The translations under genes were made by a program, and so were the position numbers. A stretch of 64,000 nt of DNA from Candidatus Obscuribacteraceae bacterium (GTDB lineage Bacteria; Cyanobacteriota; Vampirovibrionia; Obscuribacterales; Obscuribacteraceae): positions 448,001 through 512,000 of the forward strand of contig JBGAHS010000003.1 of the NCBI GenBank assembly GCA_044226015.1. The letters are read 5' to 3'. The notes under the pieces were generated by a model. That model made no database searches. It had not been told where the DNA came from and saw only the letters and a list, made by a program, of their open reading frames with translations. This document shows, piece by piece, positions 1 through 9,943 of this stretch. Position 1 is the first letter of the stretch; each line of letters starts with the position of its first letter.

Positions 1-369
1 TCTTGCAGCACAGCGTCGAGCGAGAGACTCGGCGCGGCTCTTTCCGATCCATGGGCTGTCGCACCCGGATTCACTGGTCTTGTGTTTGGAGCTACAGCTG
101 GTACCCTCTCAAAACATCTGGCACTTAATCCTCTGTCTTCAGACAGAGGATTCCGAATTGGGCGAGCGGGTGTCATCTGGGGACTTGCTGGATTCGCAGC
201 AAATTATCTTGGTGGTGCAGCCGCAGCGTACCTGAGCAATACTGGCGACAAACAAGAACTCTGCATGAGAAATCGAGAAATAGGATCGTTACGAACGCAG
301 ATTCAACTGCAACAGAATCAGCTCAACACGCTTTCTCAATCTGTCGAAAAATTGCTGGAAAAGAAATGA
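1..369 (+). CDS. Hypothetical protein, 5'-partial; Gly/Ala-rich hydrophobic segment followed by a C-terminal coiled coil
   Basis: Frame 1 is open from base 1 to TGA at 367-369; C-terminus LRTQIQLQQNQLNTLSQSVEKLL is heptad-like. Confidence 0.6.
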   Translation, partial: SCSTASSERLGAALSDPWAVAPGFTGLVFGATAGTLSKHLALNPLSSDRGFRIGRAGVIWGLAGFAANYLGGAAAAYLSNTGDKQELCMRNREIGSLRTQIQLQQNQLNTLSQSVEKLLEKK

Positions 370-509
370 TTGGCTGAAAACGCCGCATTCCAAAACAGCG
401 ATCACACTTAATTCAAAGTCTAAACTTTGACTAGATCACGACGCAAAACCAAATCATCCGCCAGCACATTATTTTCTCATTGTACGACACAGCGTAGTAT
501 AAATCGCAC

Positions 510-544
510 AAAAGATGAAAACCCCTGCTAAAGGGGCTTTCATC
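510..544 (-). terminator. Intrinsic terminator-like hairpin
   Basis: Imperfect inverted repeat gatgaaaacccct/aggggctttcatc downstream of the minus-strand unit, with a short U run on the minus strand. Confidence 0.5.
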
Positions 545-593
545 CAACAGGAAGGAGTAGAAAACTCCGCCCGTTTTAATTGGCGAACGCGTT

Positions 594-809
594 TCATTCC
601 CGAGGGCGCAGATAGTCCGCAAGCATCATCACAGCGGGGAAGAAGCAGAGAATTGCGCTGAGTGGCAGCATTCGCCACATTTCCGCAAAGCTCATCTCGC
701 CTTCAGTGGACATGTACATCATGAGGTTGAGAACCAGAACGAGTCCGGCCCAACCCAGAAGTCCCATGCCGAGAGCAGACAAACATGACCGTAGCTTTTC
801 GTAATTCAT
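594..809 (-). CDS. Small two-TM membrane protein (71 aa)
   Basis: ATG at 809 preceded by GAGGA; two hydrophobic helices; follows the POT gene on the same strand. Confidence 0.55.
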   Translation of the reverse strand: MNYEKLRSCLSALGMGLLGWAGLVLVLNLMMYMSTEGEMSFAEMWRMLPLSAILCFFPAVMMLADYLRPRE

Positions 810-916
810 AGAATCCTCAGAGTTAGAAAGCAGGTAAGTGATACCTGGTGCCGACGCGACACCAGATACAGTGGCAAGAAGGAGCATCCCTGCTCCTTCT
901 TGTAAGCAAGACCGAC

Positions 917-2263
917 TTAGCGAACCCCGCCCATCAGGCTGCGGAGCTTCGGCGAAAGACAAGCAAGCAACGCGCTTGCCGCCACCAGTGCAAGCGCCAT
1001 ACCTCCGAAGAGGACGACATTCTGCGCTGGCTCAGCTTCATTGAAGAAGCTCGAAAGGTAGCCTGCCAGGAAGTTTCCTAACGACACCGACAGAAACCAG
1101 ATGCCGAGGGTAAGCCCAGCAAAACGTTTTGGAGCGAGCTGGTCCACAGTACGCAGCCCGACTGGCGAGAACATCATCTCCCCAACCACTTCGAGAAAGA
1201 AGATGACCGCAAGCCAGACTGGGCTGATTTTTCCCTGAGCAGCAAAGTACATAGCTGGCACGGCGACCGCAATCCCCAAGCCCAGAGAAAGCAGCCCGAG
1301 ACTGAACTTGATTGGACTCGAAGGCTCACGATTACGCTTGCCTAACGCCAACCAGATGGCAGCAAACACAGGAGTAAGCACCAGCACGAACACAGCCTGC
1401 AATGTCTGGAACCAGCTGGAAGGAAAGCTCCAACCAAAGATTTCAGTCACCACGTGGCTCTGCGCAAAAACATTCAAGCTGGCACCACCTTGCTCATAAA
1501 CTGCCCAGAACAGCGCGCTGAAGAAGAACAGAATTGCAATGACTGCAATCCGTTTCCACTCGTTGCCATCGGCGCCAGCAATCAGAGCATCTTCTTGCGC
1601 CTTAAGCTGCTTGAAGCGGCTCTTGTGCGCAACGAGTTGCACAATGCCAAAGAGCATGCCAACGCCAGCCGCGGCGAACCCCAAGTGCCAGCCCAGGTTC
1701 GGGTCGAGTCCGCATTCCGCAAGCTTGTTGCGAACCCAGGGACTCTGAGCCAAAAAACCACAGACCAGTGGAGCCAGCGTCGCACCGACATTGATGCCCA
1801 TGTAGTAAATTGCAAAGCCGCTGTCACTGCGCTTGTCGTCCTTGCTGTAGAGCGAGCCGACCAGGCGCGTGATGTTAGGCTTCAACAATCCGGTACCGAG
1901 CACGATGAGCACCAACGCCGCATAGAACGCACTCACACCGTGGAACATCATCACGAAGTGCCCGAGCGCGATGACGATGCCACCAATAAGCACTGCGTTC
2001 CACGACCCGAGCCAGCGATCACCAATCAAGCCGCCGGGCATCGCCATTAAGTATACAGCGCTGCCGTAGAGACCGAAGATGAGCGAAGCTTGCGCTTGAG
2101 TGAGTCCGAGACCGCCTTCTTGAATAGCGGCGAGCATGAAGAGCATCAAGATTGCTTTCATGCCGTAGAACGAGAAGCGCTCCCACATTTCTGTGAAGAA
2201 CAGTGTGCTGAGTCCAGCCGGATGGCTCTTGAAGAACCCCGTCGTACGAGTTTCCATTTGCAT
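917..2263 (-). CDS. POT/PTR2-family proton-dependent oligopeptide transporter (MFS)
   Basis: HPAGLSTLFFTEMWERFSFYGM (ExxERFxY motif), GTGLLKPN, YYMGINVGA, multiple TM helices. Confidence 0.95.
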   Translation of the reverse strand: MQMETRTTGFFKSHPAGLSTLFFTEMWERFSFYGMKAILMLFMLAAIQEGGLGLTQAQASLIFGLYGSAVYLMAMPGGLIGDRWLGSWNAVLIGGIVIALGHFVMMFHGVSAFYAALVLIVLGTGLLKPNITRLVGSLYSKDDKRSDSGFAIYYMGINVGATLAPLVCGFLAQSPWVRNKLAECGLDPNLGWHLGFAAAGVGMLFGIVQLVAHKSRFKQLKAQEDALIAGADGNEWKRIAVIAILFFFSALFWAVYEQGGASLNVFAQSHVVTEIFGWSFPSSWFQTLQAVFVLVLTPVFAAIWLALGKRNREPSSPIKFSLGLLSLGLGIAVAVPAMYFAAQGKISPVWLAVIFFLEVVGEMMFSPVGLRTVDQLAPKRFAGLTLGIWFLSVSLGNFLAGYLSSFFNEAEPAQNVVLFGGMALALVAASALLACLSPKLRSLMGGVR

Positions 2264-2704
2264 TTCTCCGAGAGAAAGAAGGTTCGAGTGCTGCGAGCAC
2301 TCAAGTCAGAAACAGTCAATAACGCCTTCACCCAATGAAAGCGCTACACATTTGGTTCAAGCAGGACATGTTCCCAATGCGAAAAATGCGCATTGAGAAT
2401 AGTGTTTTGTTTTCAGTTGCTGATGTTTGAGGGTGCCTTGTGCTAGAGGTTTGGAAATGATGGGTATGAGTCCACCCTATAGGATTTGGGCGCTGTGCCC
2501 TAGGACTACTGGCGTAAGGACACGAAATTCAGCTGCTTTACCTTAACGCGAACCTAACGTCAGCTCTCATTAGATCGAATAATTCCAACTAGCGAGCTTG
2601 AGCATGCTTTTAACTTTTCCAGTTTGGTCAGGTTTTGGTTAAGTTCTTCTTTTATTCTCCTGAACATAACGAAGGCGCGGGACGACCCTCTGGAGGATTA
2701 ATCA

Positions 2705-2984
2705 ATGAACGACATGGAAATCAACGAAAAAAAACGAAGCTACCGAACGCAAAACAGATGCCACAGGTGTCAATAAATCACTAGATTTCGTCGACCTTTT
2801 GAGATCAGAAGCCTCGAATTTATCGTCCCGAGGCAACACATTCATGAGCGATAAGGTTCTACCGCAGCTCCAGATAGAAGGACTCTCAGGTTCAGGAAGC
2901 GCAGCCCGCTCTGCGGGGGAAGCTAGCATCGAGCACAAGCAGAAAGAACATTCGACTACGAAAATAACGTCGGAAAGACTGTGA
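2705..2984 (+). pseudogene. Possible frameshifted hypothetical gene
   Basis: GGAGGA RBS then ATG at 2705; removing one A from the A8 run near 2727-2734 joins this start to the ORF ending at 2984. Confidence 0.3.
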
Positions 2985-3349
2985 GCGAGATTCACTAATC
3001 GAACGAATCTTCAGATTTTAAAGATCCACCGGGCAAATTCCCTGTGGATCTTTTCATGACACCATATTCAGTGCGGTCGACAGCAATACAATGCCGATCG
3101 CCAAGCTCACATACAGACTTTCTGAACTGCTTCTCCATCCAAACACTATGTCAAAATTACTCGAACTCAAAATCAGTAGCCTGAGCAGCAGATGACCTGC
3201 TGTGAGACGAAGATCTGGGCTACAGTTAAAACAAAAAAAACAACCATTCACTATACTGTTTAGTATTACAAACAAAAAAAAACAAAGAGCCAGGCATCAA
3301 CCGCGTCTGCGCCTTTCGGCAACAAATGCAGTGACACCCAGCTCAATGT

Positions 3350-4054
3350 TCAGGCAACCAGTTCCGGCACCAAGTATTCGTGCTCGAGAACCAGCTTCTT
3401 GCCCTTACGCACATAGACGCAGACCGAGCAGTTCGGAATCTTCTTGGTCTCTTCGAGATGGCAGGCTTCCGCCTCTGTGAGCGACTCCAGAAGTTTGCGC
3501 AGAACGATGATCACCTGCGAGTGAGTCACGATGACAAGGTTCTCGTCGGCGTGCTGCTCGAGATGATGCTTGAGCGCGGGCTTCAGGCGTTTCTTCACAT
3601 CACGAAGACTTTCGCCGCCCCTTGCAGGACGATAGCGAAATTCCCCGAGTCGCTTGCGTCGAGCCGCCTCTTCAGGGAAAAGCCGGTGATAGCCAGCGCG
3701 GGTGAGACCGCCGATGACACCCCATTTCTTCTCGATGAAGCGCTCGTCAAAACCGACTTCGACCTCGAGTCCGCCGTGCTCGACAAGACCAGCAGCGGTC
3801 TGACGAGTACGAAGATGGGTCGAGGAAACGACACGGGTCGGCTTGTGCTCTGCCGGCAGGCTGCCCATCCAGCGCGCCAGGTTTTTGACCTGACTGTGTC
3901 CGACCTCGACGATGGGAGCCTGGTCTTCGGGCATGGGCAATTCGAAAGTATCAACACCGAGGTGTTCCGCCTGCTCCAACGCTTCGTTGGCGAGGCTACG
4001 TGCATGCCGAACGACATAGAGTCGCTTTGGCAGCTTCAGTCTTTTTCTTTTCAT
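3350..4054 (-). CDS. Histidine phosphatase (phosphoglycerate mutase-like) family protein
   Basis: VVRHARS (RHG-like), SSTHLRTRQTA, GGES, IVTHS motifs. Confidence 0.9.
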   Translation of the reverse strand: MKRKRLKLPKRLYVVRHARSLANEALEQAEHLGVDTFELPMPEDQAPIVEVGHSQVKNLARWMGSLPAEHKPTRVVSSTHLRTRQTAAGLVEHGGLEVEVGFDERFIEKKWGVIGGLTRAGYHRLFPEEAARRKRLGEFRYRPARGGESLRDVKKRLKPALKHHLEQHADENLVIVTHSQVIIVLRKLLESLTEAEACHLEETKKIPNCSVCVYVRKGKKLVLEHEYLVPELVA

Positions 4055-4231
4055 GTTAGGGTTCCTTCAAAGCGTGTTAAACAGCACTTCGAGGTGACCC
4101 CCGTACGCACTGTTGAGCGGTCGCCTGCAAAAACGCTGGCGACCGCTCAGGTCAAATCCGAGATGAAAACCGGAATGGACGAATCCGCGCCCGGTTAAAA
4201 TGTTCATCCCGACGCAGGGGCCGAATGACGC

Positions 4232-4600
4232 CTAGCGATAGGCGCGGTCGAAGCGGTGGTTGTTGTCGGGCATGTGGAAGAAGCTCATCTTCCCGTCGGC
4301 GCCGTAGCGCACGAGCGCGCCCGAGCCGAAGTCGTCACCGTTGCCGGCGGCGACCTCGTTGTCGAAATCGGTGTCCTCGCGGCGGAAGCTGTCCGACACG
4401 AGCGCGCCGGCGTGACCCGAACGGGCCGCCAGCACGGCGTCGCGGGTCTCGCGCTCCACGATGGCCAGCATCGCCTCGCGACGGAGGTTCGGCTCGGAGT
4501 CGCGGGAGCGCTCGAAGCTGCCGACCTTGTTGCGGATGAGCTTGCCATGGCGGGTGCGGAGGCCACGGAACTGCTTGCCGATGAGGTTATCGAACTTCAT
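4232..4600 (-). CDS. Hypothetical protein (122 aa)
   Basis: GGAGA RBS, strong C/G-ending codon bias, co-oriented within the 3350-8335 unit. Confidence 0.7.
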   Translation of the reverse strand: MKFDNLIGKQFRGLRTRHGKLIRNKVGSFERSRDSEPNLRREAMLAIVERETRDAVLAARSGHAGALVSDSFRREDTDFDNEVAAGNGDDFGSGALVRYGADGKMSFFHMPDNNHRFDRAYR

Positions 4601-4803
4601 TTACTTTTCTCCGATTTTCGATTGATTGGAAGAGTGAGACCGCGGGGCCTCACAACATCAAGAACAGAGCAGAGACAGCGCCATTTCTGACGCTGTCTCG
4701 CCCTGCATTAGCAGAAAGTGCCACTCGAGGAGGCACGACGACCCGAGAGCATGGACGGACGAGATTTACTTCGTCAGAACATGCTCCCCCACTAGTGGGT
4801 CAA

Positions 4804-6672
4804 TCACTCAGTTTCTTCGTGGAGAGCGCCTTCCGAATCCGGATTGCGGACAGCTCCCTTGTTCGGCTCTTGCAGCTCAAAGAGCAGCGAGAGAAGAACC
4901 GTCGCGTAGGCACCAGAGGGCAGGTCGAAGGTAATGTCGACCACCGTGGTGTCCACCTCGTCAATCACTTCACTGCCGACGCTGTACTCCAGGTTGTCGA
5001 CACGCATGAACGCCTTGCGCCAGGGAGTGTTACCCCGAGGACGCAGGAACTGCTCTGTGACGAAGGCGTCCGCCTTGTTCAGATCAGCCATGCCCTGAGC
5101 GCAGTAGGCAAGCCGCCCGTAATACTCGCGAGATTGCGGCGAGTCCATGAGCATCGGAATGCCTTTCTCGAGAAGATTGAAACGGCGAATCTTCTCCTCG
5201 AGCTTGCACTTACGGCATCGTTCCCAGCGCTTGTGGCAGCGGGCAGGTTGCGTCTCCGACTCCTCGACCGCGCAGGTGCATTGAAGCGATGGCAACTCAT
5301 TGCGAGCGGACATCGCTTCTTCAGCCTCACGGGTCCAGTGCGGAAGCTTCTTCGCCAGCACCTGGTTCCACCACCACGACTGCCAGGCAGCCACCCACAT
5401 GGAGACCTCCTCGTGCATCGAGCGCACGACTTCCTCGAAGTCTCCACGGTAGCGCTCGATGTCGGCGAGACGCTCGGCGATTTTGAACTCGACCGACATG
5501 TTCAGGGCGCGATGCTGGCGGTCAAGCCGTTGCACCATACCCGGGAAGTCGTAGAGCCAGCACGCCTCGATATCACGCCGCAGCTTCTCGGCACCTTCGT
5601 TCTCGCGCCCCGAGGTCTCATGGAGAAACCGGTAGAGCGCAGCCTCCGAAGCGGAACCGAACTTGTGCACACCAGCCGGGGGCTGGTACTCACCGGTCAC
5701 GAGCGTACGTCCGTGTTTGTGACCGAGCTGTCGAGCCGCCAGTCGCTGGAAGCCGATGGCGTTTGGAATGCAGTTGTCGAACACCCCCAGCCGCTCAATC
5801 CGCGGCTTCAGATACTCGGCGACGTCACCCTGAGTTTTGTCTGCGACCACGATGCGCAGCTCGAAGCGGTTCTGCCGATGGTCTCCCTTCGACAGAGCGT
5901 TGCTTTTGGAGATGCGCACGTTGCTGAGGCGAATGTCGCAGCCGTCCCAGTTGACCGAAGCCAACTCAGAAGCCGTGACCCTTGCCACGTGCAGATAGTC
6001 GCCCCGCAGCACGAGGTCCCTTGTGGGGATGTCGCGCTTGAGCGCCGCGGAGATTCTCTGCTGCGCGCGCGAGAGGATAGCCTCGCGTGTCAGCCCACGG
6101 TCCGAGCGCAGCACCTGACCCATGGCTTCCGTGAAGACGCGATTGCGCTTCTCGTCAGCGACCGGGTGCACGCGGCGACGCGCGTCGTGCCAGCGGATGT
6201 CTTTCATAAAGAAACCAGCCCGTCCAGGGCTGTGTGGCCAGGAGAGATTTCTCATCTCTGCGACCGTCACACCGGAAATGACGACCGATTGAGCAGTGAC
6301 AGCCCAGCGGTCCTTCATCCCACAGTGTCGGATTTGCTCCGGACGAATTTCTCTTCCGAGAGCTTTCGTCAGCAGTTTCGCCAGCCAGTCGATGGCAGCC
6401 CAGGTTACGAGCTTTTCCTTGACCAGCGTGGCGATCACGATGCTATCCGCGTGGCGGCTCTGATTCAGCACGCTCGTCGGATAGTCGCTTTCCCTGCCGA
6501 TGCTGAGGAAGCGGTCCGGCAAACCAGGCACCTTTTCGCGCACGATGAAGTGGCGAGGGAAGCGCTTGGCGATAGCCGAGACACGCTGTGCCTCAGTTCC
6601 GTCGGGCGGAGCCAGGTAATTGAAGATGCTGCTCGCAACGAAGTTCTGCGAGTCATCAAAGGACGTGTCCAT
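4804..6672 (-). CDS. truD: TruD-family pseudouridine synthase, divergent, with insertions
   Basis: GMKDRWAVTAQ (catalytic Asp motif), GDHRQNRFELRI, PNAIGFQRL, FDLPSGAYATVLL; start placed at MDTSF. Confidence 0.85.
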   Translation of the reverse strand: MDTSFDDSQNFVASSIFNYLAPPDGTEAQRVSAIAKRFPRHFIVREKVPGLPDRFLSIGRESDYPTSVLNQSRHADSIVIATLVKEKLVTWAAIDWLAKLLTKALGREIRPEQIRHCGMKDRWAVTAQSVVISGVTVAEMRNLSWPHSPGRAGFFMKDIRWHDARRRVHPVADEKRNRVFTEAMGQVLRSDRGLTREAILSRAQQRISAALKRDIPTRDLVLRGDYLHVARVTASELASVNWDGCDIRLSNVRISKSNALSKGDHRQNRFELRIVVADKTQGDVAEYLKPRIERLGVFDNCIPNAIGFQRLAARQLGHKHGRTLVTGEYQPPAGVHKFGSASEAALYRFLHETSGRENEGAEKLRRDIEACWLYDFPGMVQRLDRQHRALNMSVEFKIAERLADIERYRGDFEEVVRSMHEEVSMWVAAWQSWWWNQVLAKKLPHWTREAEEAMSARNELPSLQCTCAVEESETQPARCHKRWERCRKCKLEEKIRRFNLLEKGIPMLMDSPQSREYYGRLAYCAQGMADLNKADAFVTEQFLRPRGNTPWRKAFMRVDNLEYSVGSEVIDEVDTTVVDITFDLPSGAYATVLLSLLFELQEPNKGAVRNPDSEGALHEETE

Positions 6673-6771
6673 AGCAGTAGCCCTTTCTGGAACGCTTCGC
6701 ACTGTTTGACAGGGCGCAGCGTAGGGTGCGAAAAGATACAAACCAGCTACGCAGCCAGTTCGGCAACCTCG

Positions 6772-7584
6772 TTAGATAGAGGTTTCGGAAGTGTAGAGAT
6801 GACGGAGCTTCCGAATAACCGGAATACCGGGAACGCGATCTGCGCAGTCGCCATACCTGTCGATGTGCACAGCGTGCAAACCGCAGTTCAGCGCACCACG
6901 AATGTCGAGGTCCGGATTGTCACCAACCATGGTGAAGTTCGCCCCAGTCGTCCCGCAACGCCGCAACGTCTCCCGATAGAACTCGGTCGACGGCTTGGCG
7001 TGCCCAAGCTCATAGCTCAGAATGAGCTGGTCGAAATCGTCCACGGAGATGCCGCCTTCTTCGACATTGAAGATTTGCGGCAAGGGGAAGGGCCAGACAT
7101 TCGAGACGAACGCCAGCTTCAACCCCATCTCCCTGAACTTCTTCAGCTCAGTGGAAACATCGAGGAACGCGCAGAGCCCATTCCTCTCATCATCTACCAG
7201 CCTCGCGAGTTCTCTTTCCGCGCCAGGCTTTGCCTCGAACCCGAGCTTGCGTTGCACCAGCCAGAGATACTCCGCCGGGTCTTCTTCGACCAGACGTTGT
7301 TCCAGACGTAGCGCATCGCGAACTCTTGCGCTGGCCGTCGTGAGACAGACATGCAAGAACTCAGGGTCAGGCGTCTTCAAGCTAGAATCGGCTTTGTAGC
7401 CACAGATAATCTGGAATTGCAGAATCGGCTCCGGGAAGGTAGCACGAAACAGCGTCTTCCAGTTATCCAGACCAAGCCACGGAGATTCGGGCGATGTGCC
7501 TGCCGCACGCGGCAGCTCCAATGCACATGCCAAAGCATTTGACAGCGGACTTTGCGGGTCCACCATCGAGTCGAACATTTTCAT
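6772..7584 (-). CDS. HAD-superfamily hydrolase
   Basis: LDNWKTL (variant motif I), FVSN, AKP, VGDNPDLD motifs; AAGGAG RBS. Confidence 0.8.
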   Translation of the reverse strand: MKMFDSMVDPQSPLSNALACALELPRAAGTSPESPWLGLDNWKTLFRATFPEPILQFQIICGYKADSSLKTPDPEFLHVCLTTASARVRDALRLEQRLVEEDPAEYLWLVQRKLGFEAKPGAERELARLVDDERNGLCAFLDVSTELKKFREMGLKLAFVSNVWPFPLPQIFNVEEGGISVDDFDQLILSYELGHAKPSTEFYRETLRRCGTTGANFTMVGDNPDLDIRGALNCGLHAVHIDRYGDCADRVPGIPVIRKLRHLYTSETSI

Positions 7585-7762
7585 AACAGGCTCCTTTCAA
7601 TGACGCTGAGCGTCGGGGAGCCGTCGAGTCAGAATTGCTTGACCGACGGTTACTTAGTCAGGAGAACCCTCCTTGTGAAAGAAACGAGTTTGCCGATTTG
7701 GCAAGTTTGAGCACACGGGGAAGGCGCAGAAAGCGCCTTTCCCGCTGAGCTCGGAGTTGTTG

Positions 7763-8335
7763 TCAGACGATCGGCCAGGACAACGCCGCGCTGACGCCGA
7801 TGACGTAGCCCATCGTTCCGACGGGGCGCCCACAGGTCATAGTGACGGTGTTCATGGTCGAGTCGATGCTGCGCACGCAGAAGCCGAGTGCCGTCAGGGC
7901 GTCGATGCAGCCGACGATGCGCGGTGGCATCGTCTCGAGAGCCGCAGCCGGGATGGACGTCTGCAGCGACCGGTCCGGATTGATGACCTCGTGCTGATTG
8001 CTCTGCTCGTAGTCCAGACGCACAGCCTGACCATCACGAATGAAGGTAGCTTGCACGCGGTCGGACTGCGACGGGTCGTAGCCGCTGAGACAGGCAGCGT
8101 TGTAGGCATCGGTACCGGGCTGAGTGTCAGAGCCGTGCTTGACGGTGGGGGCGTAGAAGCCGGAAGCGCAGATGGCGGCCCAGATGGCCTTCATCTGAGG
8201 GTTGAACTCGGGGTAGACCGCATCGCAGGTGACGCAGAAGATTCCGCCCGTGTCCAGCTTGTTCGCGCGGCACTCGTCAGCGTCATGGCCGAGATGATAC
8301 CCGACCGGGCAAGTTGCAAATCCAACGATCTTCAT
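7763..8335 (-). CDS. Hypothetical Cys-containing protein (190 aa), first gene of a five-gene minus-strand unit
   Basis: GAGG RBS, C/G-ending codon bias, CxxC motif (CVTC). Confidence 0.7.
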   Translation of the reverse strand: MKIVGFATCPVGYHLGHDADECRANKLDTGGIFCVTCDAVYPEFNPQMKAIWAAICASGFYAPTVKHGSDTQPGTDAYNAACLSGYDPSQSDRVQATFIRDGQAVRLDYEQSNQHEVINPDRSLQTSIPAAALETMPPRIVGCIDALTALGFCVRSIDSTMNTVTMTCGRPVGTMGYVIGVSAALSWPIV

Positions 8336-8527
8336 GTGTTATTAACCTCGCGTTCGATTAGTTAGCGCACGCCGTCTCCACGGCATGCTTTTAGACACAG
8401 AAGTTCAAGTCGCTACAAGCAGTTCAGTCCGTCACCTTGCGGCGACTAAAGAAATTGAATGACTGAATCTGAATTTGCTTGAGCTGGCTTGGTTTCTGTG
8501 TCCGGAAGTGGTTAAGTGAGTGCCCTC

Positions 8528-8557
8528 ACCCTAGCAAGGTCCAAGCACGAAATGGAA
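8528..8557 (-). promoter_or_regulatory. Putative promoter TTCCAT-N18-TAGGGT
   Basis: Same -10 hexamer and spacing as other accessory units; GCTAGGGTGAGGGCAC is identical to the site at 55357-55372. Confidence 0.6.
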
Positions 8558-8988
8558 GCGCCCCGCCCCAGAGCCCTGTGCGACCCCATAACCGCGAAGG
8601 CGCATAGCACAAGGCACCGCAGAAGAATGCGCAGTAGCGCTAGGCATGCAAGCACCGCCTCCCATGGGCATTCCACCATGGGCACTGGCACTTGCGACCT
8701 AGCCCAGCTAGCAGATGAAGTCAAGAGGTGGCGGTCTGAGTTTCAGCGGCTATAAATTACAGACAGAAATCACGCGAAGAAATTCCAAAAAAGTGAACGA
8801 CATATTTTTTCTGAATCAGAGAAACAACTATGCCACCACAGGTAATATGAACCAGTGTTAAGTTTGTACAACACAGTGTTACAGAATGTCAGTAGATAGC
8901 CGATCTCTCGCGAGTCACTCCGCGACACATCTATATCAGCATTTGCTATCATTCTGCAAACTCACACAGCGACGAAAGAGGTCTCGGC

Positions 8989-9591
8989 TTGAAACTCTTA
9001 GTATTCGATATGGGGCATGTATTCGTCGATTTTGACTGGGAAGAAGTTTGTGCTGGTTTTTGCAGGGCAAGCAAAAAATCGCGAGAAGAACTTCGAGATA
9101 CATTCAGTTACTGCGCTAAACTCGGCTATGAAAGCGGAAAAATAGACACGCCCGGTTTTCTTTCCGAACTGAATAAGTGCCTGGGTACGAATCTATCATT
9201 GAATGAATTTAGTGAACTCTGGGTTTCCACCTTTCATGAAAACCAGGAAATGGCAGAACTTCTGAACGAATTAAAAGCACAGCGTCCGCTTTACCTTTTG
9301 TCGAACACTAACGAAGTTCATTATGATCACCTCCAGGAAAAATACAATGTTGCACGTCACTTTAATGAGCTGATCCTCAGCTATAAAGTCGGCTCCAGCA
9401 AGCCCGAACACACCATTTACAAAGAGGTTTTGAAACGCAGTGGTTTGCCTCCGCAAGACTGTCTGTTCATCGATGACCTCGAGGCTAACATTAAAGCGGC
9501 GCAAGATTTAGGATTGAACACAATACACTTCACAGGCACGAGCAACCTCAAGAAAAGCCTGAGAGAACTGGGCTTTGATGTCAGCTCCTGA
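8989..9591 (+). CDS. HAD-family phosphatase (YihX-like)
   Basis: FDMGHV, LSNTN, SKP, FIDD motifs; TTG start after AGAGG. Confidence 0.9.
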   Translation: MKLLVFDMGHVFVDFDWEEVCAGFCRASKKSREELRDTFSYCAKLGYESGKIDTPGFLSELNKCLGTNLSLNEFSELWVSTFHENQEMAELLNELKAQRPLYLLSNTNEVHYDHLQEKYNVARHFNELILSYKVGSSKPEHTIYKEVLKRSGLPPQDCLFIDDLEANIKAAQDLGLNTIHFTGTSNLKKSLRELGFDVSS

Positions 9592-9943
9592 TTAAGCAAG
9601 CGACGAAGCGTTATCGCAACGAGCACCACATACGCCACCACACCCACCCGCAAATCGCAAACAAACAAGCACCAAATATAGTATCGCTTGCCAGATAACA
9701 ATCAACTGGTGAAACAACCCACAGCGCTCTCCATGAGCCAGCCCGCTGCCAAGGGATCTTTTTAACCTTGCAACACGATTTTCCAGAAGAACATACAAGC
9801 TCTCGCATGAAGAGCGCTAAAACGCCCTCCAGCCTGGCATGAGAATATATACAGAAGCCACCATAGAAGCAGATTTTGGCACGTTTTGCATCTGATATAC
9901 TGTTGGTAGGATTTGCCTTGCATGACAGCATTGCAGAGGGCGA

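Noticed and set aside
4795..7311. 838-aa plus-strand ORF
   Set aside because: Antisense shadow of the TruD-like and HAD genes; C/G-ending codon bias removes antisense stops, and it has no recognisable motifs.
9600..9940. C/A-rich tract upstream of the decarboxylase as another member of the leader class
   Set aside because: No matching promoter or hairpin cluster was found; plus-strand intergenic DNA here is often G-poor, so it is not counted, and it is a caveat for the plus-strand leader examples.
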